The notes under the pieces: model-generated | The model's input: the letters and a program-made list of their open reading frames with translations, nothing else | Databases searched by the model: none | What the model was told of the DNA's origin: nothing | Assembly: GCA_966193805.1 (NCBI GenBank) | Contig: CBIGXK010000001.1 | Coordinates: 1-43,345, forward strand | Reading direction: 5' to 3' | Source: an uncultured bacterium | Lineage (GTDB): Bacteria > Bacteroidota > Bacteroidia > Chitinophagales > Chitinophagaceae | DNA length: 43,345 nt | Made by a program: the position numbers and the translations under genes | Part shown: positions 7,264 through 17,559 of the stretch, in pieces | Layout of the letters: each line of letters begins with the position of its first letter | Numbering within the stretch: position 1 is the stretch's first letter

Positions 7264-9070
7264 CGGGCATCACCGGTTCAGTTTGAGAAATGAATTCTCT
7301 GCCATCTTTACTGTAATCATAGGGCCAGCGGTGAACTTCCGGAATTTCTCCGGGCCAGTTACCATGACCGGGATGGATCGGCGCTGTCCATTCGAGCGTG
7401 GTTGCGCCCCATGGATTCAGCACCATAACCCTTCTACCCTTGAAAATGGAATAGAAGAAGTTAAAGATGAACATCAACTGAACGGCAAATACTACCATTG
7501 CCACTGTTGAAATAAACTTATTGAGATCAGCAAACTGGTTGAACGATTCCCAGTTGCTGTAATCGAGATAACGGCGCGGCATCCCTGCAAGACCTTCGTA
7601 GTGCATGGGCCAGAAGATCAGGTAAGACCCGATCAATGTGACCCAAAAGTGAATGTACGACATGGTATTGTTCATGTAGCGCCCGAACATTTTCGGGAAC
7701 CAGTGATAAATACCGGCAAACATGCCAAAGAATCCCGCAACGCCCATCACAATGTGGAAGTGCGCGATTACGAAATAGGTATCGTGCAGATGTATGTCAA
7801 GTGTTGAGTTTCCAACGAAAATACCGGTTAGTCCACCGGAAATGAACAGGCTCACAAAGCCTATCGAGAACATCATGCCCGGAGTAAACCGGAGGTTCCC
7901 TTTCCAGATAGTGGTTAGCCAGTTAAATACTTTTATCGCTGATGGTATGGCAATTAGCAGCGTCAGCAGTACGAACACCGATCCAAGGAAAGGATTCAAA
8001 CCGCTCACGAACATGTGGTGCGCCCACACCAGGAAGGCCAGTATCGCAATCGCAAACAGCGAACCCACCATCGCCATGTAGCCGAATATCGGTTTCCTTG
8101 CATTCACACTCATCACCTCCGACACAATACCCATGGCCGGTAGGATGATAATATATACCTCAGGGTGACCCAGGAACCAGAACAAGTGTTGGTAGAGGAT
8201 CGCACTTCCGCCTTCGTTAGGCAGCGCAGTTTGTGTGGACGCCAGGTAGATATCCGAAAGGAAGAAGCTGGTGCCGGCGTGGCGGTCGAACAGCAAAAGA
8301 ATGAAGCCCGACAGCAGTACCGGGAACGAAAGCACACCCAGAACGGCAGTGAAGAACAGCGCCCAGATGGTGAGCGGCAGCCTTGTCATGCTCATTCCTT
8401 TTGTGCGCATATTGAGGATCGTGGAAATATAGTTCAGACCGCCGAGCAGTGACGACACAACAAACAGTGCCATGGCCGTCAGCCAAAGGTCTGCACCCAC
8501 CCTTGACCCGGGCGAGGCATCTCCAAGGGCGCTAAGCGGTGGATAAGCCGTCCATCCTCCTGCAAAAGGACCTGTTTGCACGAAAAGAGAAGAGAACATG
8601 ATGACGCTGGCAATAAAGAAGAACCAGTAAGAAAGCATGTTCAGGAACGGCGAGGCCATATCCCTTGCACCAATTTGCAACGGAATAAGATAGTTGGCGA
8701 ACGTTCCGCTCAAACCGCCGGTGAGTACGAAGAACACGAGAACGGTGCCATGCATTGTAACCAGCGCGTAATAAGATTCAGCGGATATTTTGCCTCCCGG
8801 CGCCCAGCGCCCAAGCAGATCTTCGAGTATCGGGAAAGCCTGGTCGGGATACCCGAGTTGCAACCTGAACAGCACTGACATCAATCCACCGATGACGGCC
8901 CACGCCATACCGGTGATCAGGAATTGCCTGGCGATCATTTTATGATCCTGGCTAAATACATATTTCGTGATGAACGTGTCCTTGTGATGATGTACGTGAT
9001 GCTCATCATGGTGCGCCTCATGAGTTGTTATTACCTCCGGGTGGCTATGCATTGCAGCGTCGTTGCTCAT
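7247..9070 (-). CDS. ctaD: Cytochrome c oxidase subunit I (heme-copper oxidase, A-type)
   Basis: Contains GHPEVYIIILP (the His-Tyr site), the WAHHMF CuB histidines and the IAHFHIVM heme ligands. 607 aa. Confidence 0.95.
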   Translation of the reverse strand: MSNDAAMHSHPEVITTHEAHHDEHHVHHHKDTFITKYVFSQDHKMIARQFLITGMAWAVIGGLMSVLFRLQLGYPDQAFPILEDLLGRWAPGGKISAESYYALVTMHGTVLVFFVLTGGLSGTFANYLIPLQIGARDMASPFLNMLSYWFFFIASVIMFSSLFVQTGPFAGGWTAYPPLSALGDASPGSRVGADLWLTAMALFVVSSLLGGLNYISTILNMRTKGMSMTRLPLTIWALFFTAVLGVLSFPVLLSGFILLLFDRHAGTSFFLSDIYLASTQTALPNEGGSAILYQHLFWFLGHPEVYIIILPAMGIVSEVMSVNARKPIFGYMAMVGSLFAIAILAFLVWAHHMFVSGLNPFLGSVFVLLTLLIAIPSAIKVFNWLTTIWKGNLRFTPGMMFSIGFVSLFISGGLTGIFVGNSTLDIHLHDTYFVIAHFHIVMGVAGFFGMFAGIYHWFPKMFGRYMNNTMSYIHFWVTLIGSYLIFWPMHYEGLAGMPRRYLDYSNWESFNQFADLNKFISTVAMVVFAVQLMFIFNFFYSIFKGRRVMVLNPWGATTLEWTAPIHPGHGNWPGEIPEVHRWPYDYSKDGREFISQTEPVMPDEKPH

Positions 9071-9107
9071 GATAATTCTTTTTTATTGATCGGTTTTCGG
9101 GACCGGG

Positions 9108-10184
9108 TTATTGTTTTACTGCCACAGCAGATGCCGCCGGCGATGTTTGCGCCGTTGCTGTCGTGTCTGCTGCTTGTTTGTTGGCGGGATCCTTTTCAGG
9201 AAACGCCAGGTAATAAGTTGGTTTCTGCCTGGCCCTCCAAAGAATATACTCCGATGGAGTAACCACTTTCACGATGCCTTTCATTGAATAATGTCCATTA
9301 CCACACATCTGGTCGCAGGCAATTTCATATTCGAACTTGCTATTACCCGTGATCTTCCTCATCTCTTCTGTTGTGTACTTCGGTGTGAAATGCATGGTGG
9401 TGGGTGTGCCGGGAACCGCATCCATCTTCATGCGGAAATGCGGCAGGCCCACGTCATGAATCACATCCCTTGAAAATATATTGATCTTCACCGGCTGTCC
9501 CTTGATAAGGTAAAGCGCCTCCGTGGTTACGATGTCGTCATGACTGTATTTGTCGTCCCAGATCAATCCGAGGTCGTTACTTTTCGTTTCGTCAATGTTC
9601 TTGTAATATCTTTTTCCGTAAACATTGTCCTTACCCGGGTAGCGGTAGATCCATCCAAACTGTTTGCCGGTAACTTCTACCTGCATGGCGTTCTTGGGCG
9701 CGTCGCCGGTGATGTTGTACCAGTAATATAATCCAAAGCCCACCAGTACGCAAAGTGCAATCGCAGGTACAGTGGTCCACAAAATTTCCCAGTTAGTATT
9801 ATGCGGGTAGAAATAAGCTTTTCTCTTTTCAGAATACTGGTATTTGTAAGAGAACCAGAAAAGCAATATCTGCGTAATAAAGAAAACAACTCCGGTAACA
9901 GCTATGGTGATGAACATCATGGTGTCGATCTTTTCACCATGATCGGATGCCGACGGATAAGGCAGCAGGGTCTTATTGTAAAACAATTCGTGGCACCAGT
10001 ATATCCCGATCAGGCCGAGTACCAGAAAAACCACCATCAGGAACGCATTTACCCTGTTGCTTTGCTCGAAGGATTTTTTTTCACCTTTAAGAACGGAAAC
10101 ATACTCACTGGCCTTTGCAATCTGAAAAGTGATCAGAAAGCCAAGACCCAGAATCGCCAATAATAAAATCGCTGTAGTTGACAT
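9108..10184 (-). CDS. coxB: Cytochrome c oxidase subunit II (CuA-containing, no fused cytochrome c domain)
   Basis: CuA ligands DVIHDV and CDQMCGNGHYSM are present. There is no CxxCH motif anywhere in the protein. I preferred the ATG at 10184 to the TTG at 10193. Confidence 0.9.
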   Translation of the reverse strand: MSTTAILLLAILGLGFLITFQIAKASEYVSVLKGEKKSFEQSNRVNAFLMVVFLVLGLIGIYWCHELFYNKTLLPYPSASDHGEKIDTMMFITIAVTGVVFFITQILLFWFSYKYQYSEKRKAYFYPHNTNWEILWTTVPAIALCVLVGFGLYYWYNITGDAPKNAMQVEVTGKQFGWIYRYPGKDNVYGKRYYKNIDETKSNDLGLIWDDKYSHDDIVTTEALYLIKGQPVKINIFSRDVIHDVGLPHFRMKMDAVPGTPTTMHFTPKYTTEEMRKITGNSKFEYEIACDQMCGNGHYSMKGIVKVVTPSEYILWRARQKPTYYLAFPEKDPANKQAADTTATAQTSPAASAVAVKQ

Positions 10185-10232
10185 GAGGATCAAAAATTTT
10201 TATACAACCAGGTTCTAGCCGTCAATTATAGG

Positions 10233-11465
10233 TTATGTATGGTGAATAATGCTCTCTTTAGTGAAGGGATGATTTTTTGCCACCAGCGGGTACTTGCTCA
10301 TCACCCTTCCGGTCACCAGCATAATTATCCCAACAAAACCGAGAGCGATACCGAAATCGAACAGGTTCATGGCCACATGATCGGGTACCACACTCGCAAA
10401 CACCATCTGGTGAAAGTCGAGCCAGTGACCGAACAACATCAATACCGCCATCATCGTCATCGTGCCATAGTTCCTCTTCGAATTTCTTCTCATCAAAATT
10501 AGTAAAGGTGCAAGGAAATTGATGATGAACATCATCCAGAACTCAAATGAATAGGCTCCTTCTATCCTTGGTTTGAAATAAACAGTTTCTTCCGGAATAT
10601 TCGCGTACCATATCAGCATGAATTGTGCAAACCACAGGTATGCCCAAAAGATAGAGAACGCAAATATCAGTTTACCGATATCATGAATATGCTCCCTGTT
10701 GGTATATTCGAGATAACCGTTATTCTTCATAAATACCACAAACAGCAGCAGCAGCGCAAGTCCGGATACCCAGGTGCTCGCAAATGTGTACCAACTGTAC
10801 ATGGTTGAATACCAATGCGCATCAATGCTCATTAACCAGAGCCAGGGCATGGTTGACATTACAGTAAGCGCGAACCAAACGATAAACAAAGACGCCCATA
10901 CTGTTTCTTTCCATATGAATTTCTTTCCTGCCTCAACGCTCAACGGTGCTTCATCGGTGCTTCTCGAAAGGCTGCGCATCTTATAGCCGAGCACTGCCCA
11001 AAGGCCAATCGTCAATACTGTCCAGATGGTGAAGTAGGTAACATTCAAAAACGGCTGCTTGCCGCTGAGGATCGGATCGGCTGCCACAGCCTCTGTATCT
11101 GTCCAATGATAAATATGTGACATGTGATGGCCGCCGAATACGATGGCAAGCAGGATAAGGAGTGTGATGAAACCGACTATCGGCAATGCTGCAGTTATCG
11201 CCTCGGCAACGCGCCTGAAAGCCAACTGCCAGCCTCCAAAAGCCAGGATGGTGGCGCAAATGAAAAACATACAGGCGTTTATCGTCAAAAGAAAATAAAC
11301 GCTGTTCTGCAACAGGCTTGCCCAGAACCTGGTCTTTTCATGCATGTCGCCGGTGCCATACATCAGGAATCCCACGATCAGGGCAAGCACGCCTACGCCG
11401 ATCAAACCGTATGACCAGTTTTTATACCTGCCCGGGATCTCAAAATATTCTTTACTTGCCATCAT
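10233..11465 (-). CDS. actF: Alternative Complex III subunit ActF (polytopic membrane subunit)
   Basis: About 410-aa multi-TM protein in the ActF position, directly after actE and before coxB. The assignment is by gene order and general NrfD-like hydrophobic architecture. Confidence 0.7.
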   Translation of the reverse strand: MMASKEYFEIPGRYKNWSYGLIGVGVLALIVGFLMYGTGDMHEKTRFWASLLQNSVYFLLTINACMFFICATILAFGGWQLAFRRVAEAITAALPIVGFITLLILLAIVFGGHHMSHIYHWTDTEAVAADPILSGKQPFLNVTYFTIWTVLTIGLWAVLGYKMRSLSRSTDEAPLSVEAGKKFIWKETVWASLFIVWFALTVMSTMPWLWLMSIDAHWYSTMYSWYTFASTWVSGLALLLLFVVFMKNNGYLEYTNREHIHDIGKLIFAFSIFWAYLWFAQFMLIWYANIPEETVYFKPRIEGAYSFEFWMMFIINFLAPLLILMRRNSKRNYGTMTMMAVLMLFGHWLDFHQMVFASVVPDHVAMNLFDFGIALGFVGIIMLVTGRVMSKYPLVAKNHPFTKESIIHHT

Positions 11466-11490
11466 CAATATTTTTCTTTTCTAAACCTTT

Positions 11491-12138
11491 TTACATTTTA
11501 GCTTTTGCCACCGCTGCCGTATCGGTTGACGTTGAATCACCACCTGTTCCACCGCCCTTTCCGGCTTCTTTCGCTTTGATAAAGTGAACGATCATCCATC
11601 TTTGCTTTGTGCTCAGTTGCGGACCATAAGGCCCCATCTGGCCCTTGCCATAGGTGATCGAATAAAACATTTGTCCTTCCGGCATGGTGGTCACCACCGG
11701 ATCGCTCACCAGGTTTCTCGGTGCAGCCGCAAACGGTCCGTTTCCTCCGTTATAGAGAGGACCGTTGCCATCTAATTTCTGGCCATGACAGATGCCGCAA
11801 TTCACCAGGTACAACCTTTCGGCCTCTTTCATCTCTGCCGCTTTCAGCGCAGGCAAAGGATTGGGGATCTGTTTGGCCAGCACATAGTTAGTCGAGTCGC
11901 CGGCGGCATCCTTGGCCAGCGGGAAAGGAAGCAGTTCTCCTCTCTTGATGGTTCCCGGTACCGGCAGCCTGGTGTAGCGTATGCCGTGCGAATCAAGATT
12001 TGCTGTTGACGCATACGTTTCATATGCCCTGCTTGGGTTCATATCAGGCATGTAATTCCTTCTCTGCGTTTTGTGGTCCGAGCAGCCCCAGGCAACCACG
12101 CCAAGAATCAAAACTGATATGATCGATATTTTTTTCAT
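11491..12138 (-). CDS. actE: Alternative Complex III monoheme cytochrome c, ActE (probable lipoprotein)
   Basis: Single CGICH heme motif. The signal peptide ends in AWGC/SD, a candidate lipidation Cys. The C-terminal tail is Gly/Thr-rich. Confidence 0.75.
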   Translation of the reverse strand: MKKISIISVLILGVVAWGCSDHKTQRRNYMPDMNPSRAYETYASTANLDSHGIRYTRLPVPGTIKRGELLPFPLAKDAAGDSTNYVLAKQIPNPLPALKAAEMKEAERLYLVNCGICHGQKLDGNGPLYNGGNGPFAAAPRNLVSDPVVTTMPEGQMFYSITYGKGQMGPYGPQLSTKQRWMIVHFIKAKEAGKGGGTGGDSTSTDTAAVAKAKM

Positions 12139-12198
12139 CCCTTATTATTCTCTTTTTAGTGGGGGATACCGCGTTCAGTGCGTCCCTTCTAATAATAT

Positions 12199-12774
12199 TT
12201 ATTGTGCGGCGGTTCTCAGTTTCTGTTCCTTGTCGTACCGGCCGAGCCACCATCCTGTTTCTGCATGCTGCACGTTAATTTCAGTGGCGCCGATACTGGT
12301 CATGAAATCGCTCACCTCATTTTCATCGTTCTTTGAACAGTCGATCACCATTACAAACTTGTCGTCGGTGGACCTGAGGTGAAAGTGGTGCTTTCTCACA
12401 AAGGGTGCCAGTTGGCACAAGTAGCAGAAAGTGATCACCATTCCAATTGCCGAAAACAGTACCGTTAGCTCAAACATGATCGGTATCCAGGCGGGCAACG
12501 CAAAATGTGGCTTACCACCGATGTTCAGCGGCCAGTCGAGCGTAAAGATCCACGTCATAAAACCGAAGGCCACCGACGTACCCGTAATAGCGTACAAAAA
12601 GCCCGCCGTGTGAATGCTGGTGTCGCGAAGGCCCATCTCAGTGTCAAGTCCATGAATCGGGAAGGGCGTATAAACATCGTGCAGGCGGTAGCCCGACTTG
12701 CGTACGCGCTTCACCGCACTAAACAACGTATGTTCTTCTTCAAAGACACCGACAACAAATTTTTTTATAGACAT
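12199..12774 (-). CDS. actD: Alternative Complex III subunit ActD (DUF3341-type)
   Basis: 191 aa with a soluble N-domain followed by two TM helices. It lies between actC and actE. Confidence 0.7.
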   Translation of the reverse strand: MSIKKFVVGVFEEEHTLFSAVKRVRKSGYRLHDVYTPFPIHGLDTEMGLRDTSIHTAGFLYAITGTSVAFGFMTWIFTLDWPLNIGGKPHFALPAWIPIMFELTVLFSAIGMVITFCYLCQLAPFVRKHHFHLRSTDDKFVMVIDCSKNDENEVSDFMTSIGATEINVQHAETGWWLGRYDKEQKLRTAAQ

Positions 12775-12805
12775 TTCAACTCAATTGTTATTCAAAATGA
12801 TCGTA

Positions 12806-14257
12806 CTAGTGATGCTCGCCAACTGTTTCGAGGTACATCACATCAGAATCCTTTTTCTCGACAGTATCCATTTTCTCTTTGTAAACAGCGCCCGACTTCT
12901 TCAGTATGTGCTTGATTTCGGCAATGGCGATTACCGGGAAGAATTTGGAGAACAGGAAGTAAAGGGTAAAGAACAATCCAAACGTTCCCAGGTAAAATCC
13001 AATCTCGTAAATGGATGGCGAATAATAGGTGCTCCAGCTGCTGGGGAGATAATCGCGATAAATAGAGGTCACGATAATCACGAAGCGCTCGAACCACATG
13101 CCTATGTTCACGATCACCGACATGAAGAAGGTAACCGCTATGTTGCGTCTCATTTTCCTGAACCAGAAAACCTGCGGCGACAATACGTTACAGCTCATCA
13201 TCAGGAAGTAACTCCACCCATAGGGGCTGAAGGGATTTGCACGGCTTTGCATGAAGGCCCATCCTTCGTATTGGTTTTGTGAGTACCAGGCCACGAACAA
13301 TTCCGTGAGGTAAGCAATACCAACGATCGAGCCCGTCAGCACAATTACCTTGTTCATCACCTCGATATGTTCAAGTGTAATATATTCTTCGAGGCTCAGC
13401 ACTTTTCTCGTCACGAGCAAAAGCGTCTGTACCATCGCAAAACCAGAGAAGATCGCCCCCGCAACGAAGTAAGGGGGGAAGATGGTGGTGTGCCATCCCG
13501 GAATAACGGAAGTTGCGAAGTCGAATGATACCACCGTGTGCACGGACAATACCAGCGGTGTACTCAGGCCCGCAAGAACCAGCGAGAGACTTTCATGCCG
13601 CTGCCAGTGTTTTGTTGACCCCGTCCATCCGAAAGAGACGATGCCGTACATGTATTTCCTCCATTTCAGCTTGGCGCGGTCACGAACCGTTGCCAGGTCG
13701 GGGATAAGCCCGGTGTACCAGAACAATAATGAAACGGTGAAGTAAGTAGAGATCGCGAACACGTCCCAAAGCAGCGGTGAGTTGAAGTTCACCCACAACG
13801 GGCCGCGCGTGTTGGGATAGGGAAGTACGAAGAAAGCCATCCACACCCTGCCCATGTGCCAGATCGGAAACTGACCGGCGCACATTACCGCAAAGATCGT
13901 CATCGCCTCTGCCGCACGGTTAACGCCTGTTCTCCAGCCCTGCCTGAACAGCAAAAGGATCGCGGAGATGAGCGTACCTGCGTGACCAATACCCACCCAC
14001 CAAACGAAGTTGGTGATATCCCAACCCCAACCAACCGTCTTGTTCAGGTTCCATTGACCTATTCCATATCTCACTTCACGATAAACCGAGTACACTCCGA
14101 AAAGCAACAGGACAACGGCAACCAGGAAGCCGATCCACCACAACTTGCTTGGACGCGCTTCTATGGGTCGCACAATATCCTCTGTAACCTGGTGATAATC
14201 CTTATCACCATTGATGAGCGGCGCCCTTGCCTGTGATTCATATCTGATTAACGACAT
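12806..14257 (-). CDS. actC: Alternative Complex III quinol-interacting membrane subunit ActC (NrfD/PsrC family)
   Basis: 483-aa polytopic protein with an NrfD-like pattern (WGWDITNFVWWVGIGHAGTLISA), directly downstream of actB. Confidence 0.85.
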   Translation of the reverse strand: MSLIRYESQARAPLINGDKDYHQVTEDIVRPIEARPSKLWWIGFLVAVVLLLFGVYSVYREVRYGIGQWNLNKTVGWGWDITNFVWWVGIGHAGTLISAILLLFRQGWRTGVNRAAEAMTIFAVMCAGQFPIWHMGRVWMAFFVLPYPNTRGPLWVNFNSPLLWDVFAISTYFTVSLLFWYTGLIPDLATVRDRAKLKWRKYMYGIVSFGWTGSTKHWQRHESLSLVLAGLSTPLVLSVHTVVSFDFATSVIPGWHTTIFPPYFVAGAIFSGFAMVQTLLLVTRKVLSLEEYITLEHIEVMNKVIVLTGSIVGIAYLTELFVAWYSQNQYEGWAFMQSRANPFSPYGWSYFLMMSCNVLSPQVFWFRKMRRNIAVTFFMSVIVNIGMWFERFVIIVTSIYRDYLPSSWSTYYSPSIYEIGFYLGTFGLFFTLYFLFSKFFPVIAIAEIKHILKKSGAVYKEKMDTVEKKDSDVMYLETVGEHH

Positions 14258-14302
14258 AATAAAAACTTTGTTCGTAACTCGTTTTACTTCTTTACAACTT
14301 AA

Positions 14303-17300
14303 TTAGTGTGCGGCAGGTTCATGAGGAGTCACATTCTGCGCGCCCGGTTCGTGATCAACAACGTCGCCTGCTGTGGGTGAGTTCCGCACTTTGGCGAAGT
14401 AGGACACGCTGGGCAGTGTATGCAACTGCTCGAGTACAAAATATAACCTGTTCTTTCCCTGCTCACGCACCTTATTTACCATGCTTTCTTTACTATTTAC
14501 ATTTCCGAACACAATTGCGTTTGTGGGGCAGGCCTGTGCGCATGCCACACTTGCATCGCCTTCCTCCAGCGGCCTGTTTTCTCTTTTAGCCGTCAGCTTA
14601 CCTTCCTGCTGGCGCTGTACGCAGAACGAACATTTCTCCATAACACCACGGCTGCGTACTGTTACGTCGGGGTTCAACACCATCCTCGTAAGATCATCGT
14701 TCATCATGAACACCGCTTCGTTCAGTGCTCCAACACCTTCCTTCAATTGGTTATCGTCAAAGCTGTCTGCTCCTGTATAGTCGGCCCAGTTAAATCTTCT
14801 TACTTTATAAGGGCAGTTGTTGGCGCAATACCTTGTACCGATACAACGGTTGTACACCATCATGTTTATTCCTTCGCTGCTATGGCTCGTTGCAGCAACA
14901 GGGCATACATTTTCGCACGGCGCGTTGTTGCAATGCTGGCAGAGCATCGGCTGGAATATGGTCTGAATCGAATCTGCATCATTGAGGTCGCCGGTGTAAT
15001 ACCTGTCGATCCTGATCCAATGCATATCGTGAAAACGAAGCACTTCATTTTTCCCCACTACGGGCACGTTGTTTTCAGCATTACAGGCCACCACGCAGGC
15101 GCCACAGCCGTAGCAGGCATTGAGGTCGATAGACATTCCCCACCTGGCGCCGGGCATGTCGTAAACCGGGTACAGCGTACCTCCCGCTTCAAAATTCTCG
15201 AGTCCGCCCCACGGTGCCATTTCTTTAACCCGTTCATCCAATATTTTGGTCGGATCTTTTTTCATTTCGTCGTAGGTGATCTCCTGGACCACATTGTGCC
15301 GTCCCTCGTAAGAATTATGCGTTTGGTTCTGAGCCACCTTGTAGTTGCCTTCCGCCTTTGTTACGGTAACAGCAGGAACGACCCTGTCTATTGTAGTACC
15401 ATTATAAGTCGCAAAAGAGAAAACATTTTTACCTGCGTCGAGAACGGCACGGCCGATCTTCTTGGCAGTATCTTCCGGTTTGGCACTCATTCTTCCGTAT
15501 CCCAATGCGATGGCAATCGTGTTTTCATTCATGCCGGGAATAATCAGCGCCGGAAGCGTTACTTCCTTATTGCCTACCTTAACGGTTACCCGCGGTTTTA
15601 CCGGATGAACCTCATACTCATCTGCGCTCTTCTGGTTAGCAATATCTATATCCAAAACTTCGCGCCCAAACTTCACCGGCACCATTACATAATTGTCCCA
15701 AACGGCTTTAGTAATGGGATCGGGGAGCTCCTGCAGCCAGGGGTTGTTCGCATAGCGGCCGTCACCCATTGCCACATTCTCATATAAGATAAGTTCAGTT
15801 TCGCCACCTTTTGCCGGAGCCGCCAGTGTTGCCGATGCATTCTGGACGGCCGCTCCGTTAAATGCAGCCGTTGCCGGCGCAGCAGTGGTGGTGGTCACTA
15901 TTCCGTTCTGCAATGTTTTCGCATAAGCTTCCGGACCACCTGTTCGGGATATCCAAAAATTTCTGAAATATGCTTCGTAAGTTGAAGGGTTTCCGCTCCA
16001 TTTCAGCAGCGATTCCTGCGGCTGCCTTGTAGTGAACAGTGGAAAGATGGTAGGCTGCAAAAGACTTACATGTCCCGTATAGGCTTCTGCGTCGCCCCAG
16101 CTTTCGAGATAATGATGCACCGGAGCGCTGAATTTGCAAAGCTCCGCGGTTTCGTCGAGCTTATAGCTCATCGCCACCGATGTTTTCACTTTTTTGAGCG
16201 CGTCGGCAAAGCGTTTGGAATCGGGATAATTATATACAGGATTTACATCGTTGATAATAATGGCTCCTATCCTTCCTGCTTCCATGTCGGCAACAAGTGC
16301 GGCAAACTCGTTGTCGAGTCCCTGCCTTGTTTGCAGGTTGGCGCTCCAGTCAATTGTCTTTCCATTTGCGCCGATGGCTTCGTTGATGGCGTTGACAACG
16401 ATCTGGACGTTTGGATTTGTGCTGCCCGATACAACGAGGGCTTCACCTCCTGCGGCTTTCAGCTCGGCGGCTGCTTTTTCGATGCCGGCCTTTAACTTAG
16501 GATTTGCCATCCCTGATGCGGTACCCGTATTGACTGCGTTCAAAAGTGCAGCAGCCACGGCGCCGGCTTCGGAGGGCTTATGCGTGTACCTGAGATCGGC
16601 GTTTGCGCCAGTCATGCTCAGCATGCTTTCGAACTGGTAGTGCTTGCTCAGCTCAGGTTGTTCTTTCGTTAATTTTCTTCGTGAGGCGTATGCTCCCTGG
16701 AAGGTGGTGGCATCGAGCCATGTGCCGAGGAAGTCTGCGGAGAGACCCACTACCACTTTTGCATTCTCGAAGCGATAGTAGGGAATGGCTCTTTTACCGT
16801 AAGTAGCTTCGTTCGCCAGCAACATGCTGCTGTACGAAACGGCATCGTACTGCACATGCCTTGAGCCGGGATATTTCGCTAAAAATTCATTGATAATTTG
16901 TTTGCCGCTGGGGGATGTTACCGTACCGGTGAGTAAAACAACGGTGCCGGCCGAACCCAATGCCTGCGTCACCTGGGTGTCGAGCTGCTGCCAGGAAACG
17001 GCGCTGCCGTTGGCCATCGGAAAACGCTGCCGCGCGGTGTCATAAAGATCGAGTACCGATGCCTGCACTTTTGCAGACGTGCCGCCTTTGGTGAACGGGT
17101 ATAAAGTATTGCCTTCAATTTTTATTGGCCTGCCGTCCCTCACCTTCGCTACCACGGGAATCGATTCTCCCTCGGACACGAATGTGGTGGCATAGTAATC
17201 TGCAACGCCCGGAGTAAGGTTTTCCGGTTTATTCAGGTAAGGAATCGCTTTGTGAACAGGCGTTTCGCAGCTTGCTGCCAGTGCAGCGGCTGCGGTGCTG

Positions 17301-17473
17301 AAACCAACGAATTTCAAAAAGTCCCTCCTCGAAGCGCCTGAACTTTCGAGTTCTTTACCGGCATCCGGACCTACCTGTGGAAGATCTTCCCTGAACTCGT
17401 CAGCCGAAAGTTTGGCAAATTGCTCACTCTCATTGAATTCGGAAAAGTTCTGCCAATATTTTTTGTTCGCCAT
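14303..17473 (-). CDS. actB: Alternative Complex III subunit ActB: Tat-signal molybdopterin-oxidoreductase-like domain fused to a 4Fe-4S ferredoxin-like domain
   Basis: Twin-arginine motif SRRDFLKFVG after a long N-terminal leader. The C-terminal part carries several Cys clusters (CYGCGACVVAC, CQHCNNAPCENVCP, CIGTRYCANNCP, CAQACP). 1056 aa. Confidence 0.9.
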   Translation of the reverse strand: MANKKYWQNFSEFNESEQFAKLSADEFREDLPQVGPDAGKELESSGASRRDFLKFVGFSTAAAALAASCETPVHKAIPYLNKPENLTPGVADYYATTFVSEGESIPVVAKVRDGRPIKIEGNTLYPFTKGGTSAKVQASVLDLYDTARQRFPMANGSAVSWQQLDTQVTQALGSAGTVVLLTGTVTSPSGKQIINEFLAKYPGSRHVQYDAVSYSSMLLANEATYGKRAIPYYRFENAKVVVGLSADFLGTWLDATTFQGAYASRRKLTKEQPELSKHYQFESMLSMTGANADLRYTHKPSEAGAVAAALLNAVNTGTASGMANPKLKAGIEKAAAELKAAGGEALVVSGSTNPNVQIVVNAINEAIGANGKTIDWSANLQTRQGLDNEFAALVADMEAGRIGAIIINDVNPVYNYPDSKRFADALKKVKTSVAMSYKLDETAELCKFSAPVHHYLESWGDAEAYTGHVSLLQPTIFPLFTTRQPQESLLKWSGNPSTYEAYFRNFWISRTGGPEAYAKTLQNGIVTTTTAAPATAAFNGAAVQNASATLAAPAKGGETELILYENVAMGDGRYANNPWLQELPDPITKAVWDNYVMVPVKFGREVLDIDIANQKSADEYEVHPVKPRVTVKVGNKEVTLPALIIPGMNENTIAIALGYGRMSAKPEDTAKKIGRAVLDAGKNVFSFATYNGTTIDRVVPAVTVTKAEGNYKVAQNQTHNSYEGRHNVVQEITYDEMKKDPTKILDERVKEMAPWGGLENFEAGGTLYPVYDMPGARWGMSIDLNACYGCGACVVACNAENNVPVVGKNEVLRFHDMHWIRIDRYYTGDLNDADSIQTIFQPMLCQHCNNAPCENVCPVAATSHSSEGINMMVYNRCIGTRYCANNCPYKVRRFNWADYTGADSFDDNQLKEGVGALNEAVFMMNDDLTRMVLNPDVTVRSRGVMEKCSFCVQRQQEGKLTAKRENRPLEEGDASVACAQACPTNAIVFGNVNSKESMVNKVREQGKNRLYFVLEQLHTLPSVSYFAKVRNSPTAGDVVDHEPGAQNVTPHEPAAH

Positions 17474-17559
17474 TTATATATTTTTTTGCCACAAACCCCT
17501 TAGGAGTTAGAAAACGTAATTAGCGGTTTTTAAAAGATCTGTTACGATGACAAGCTCGT

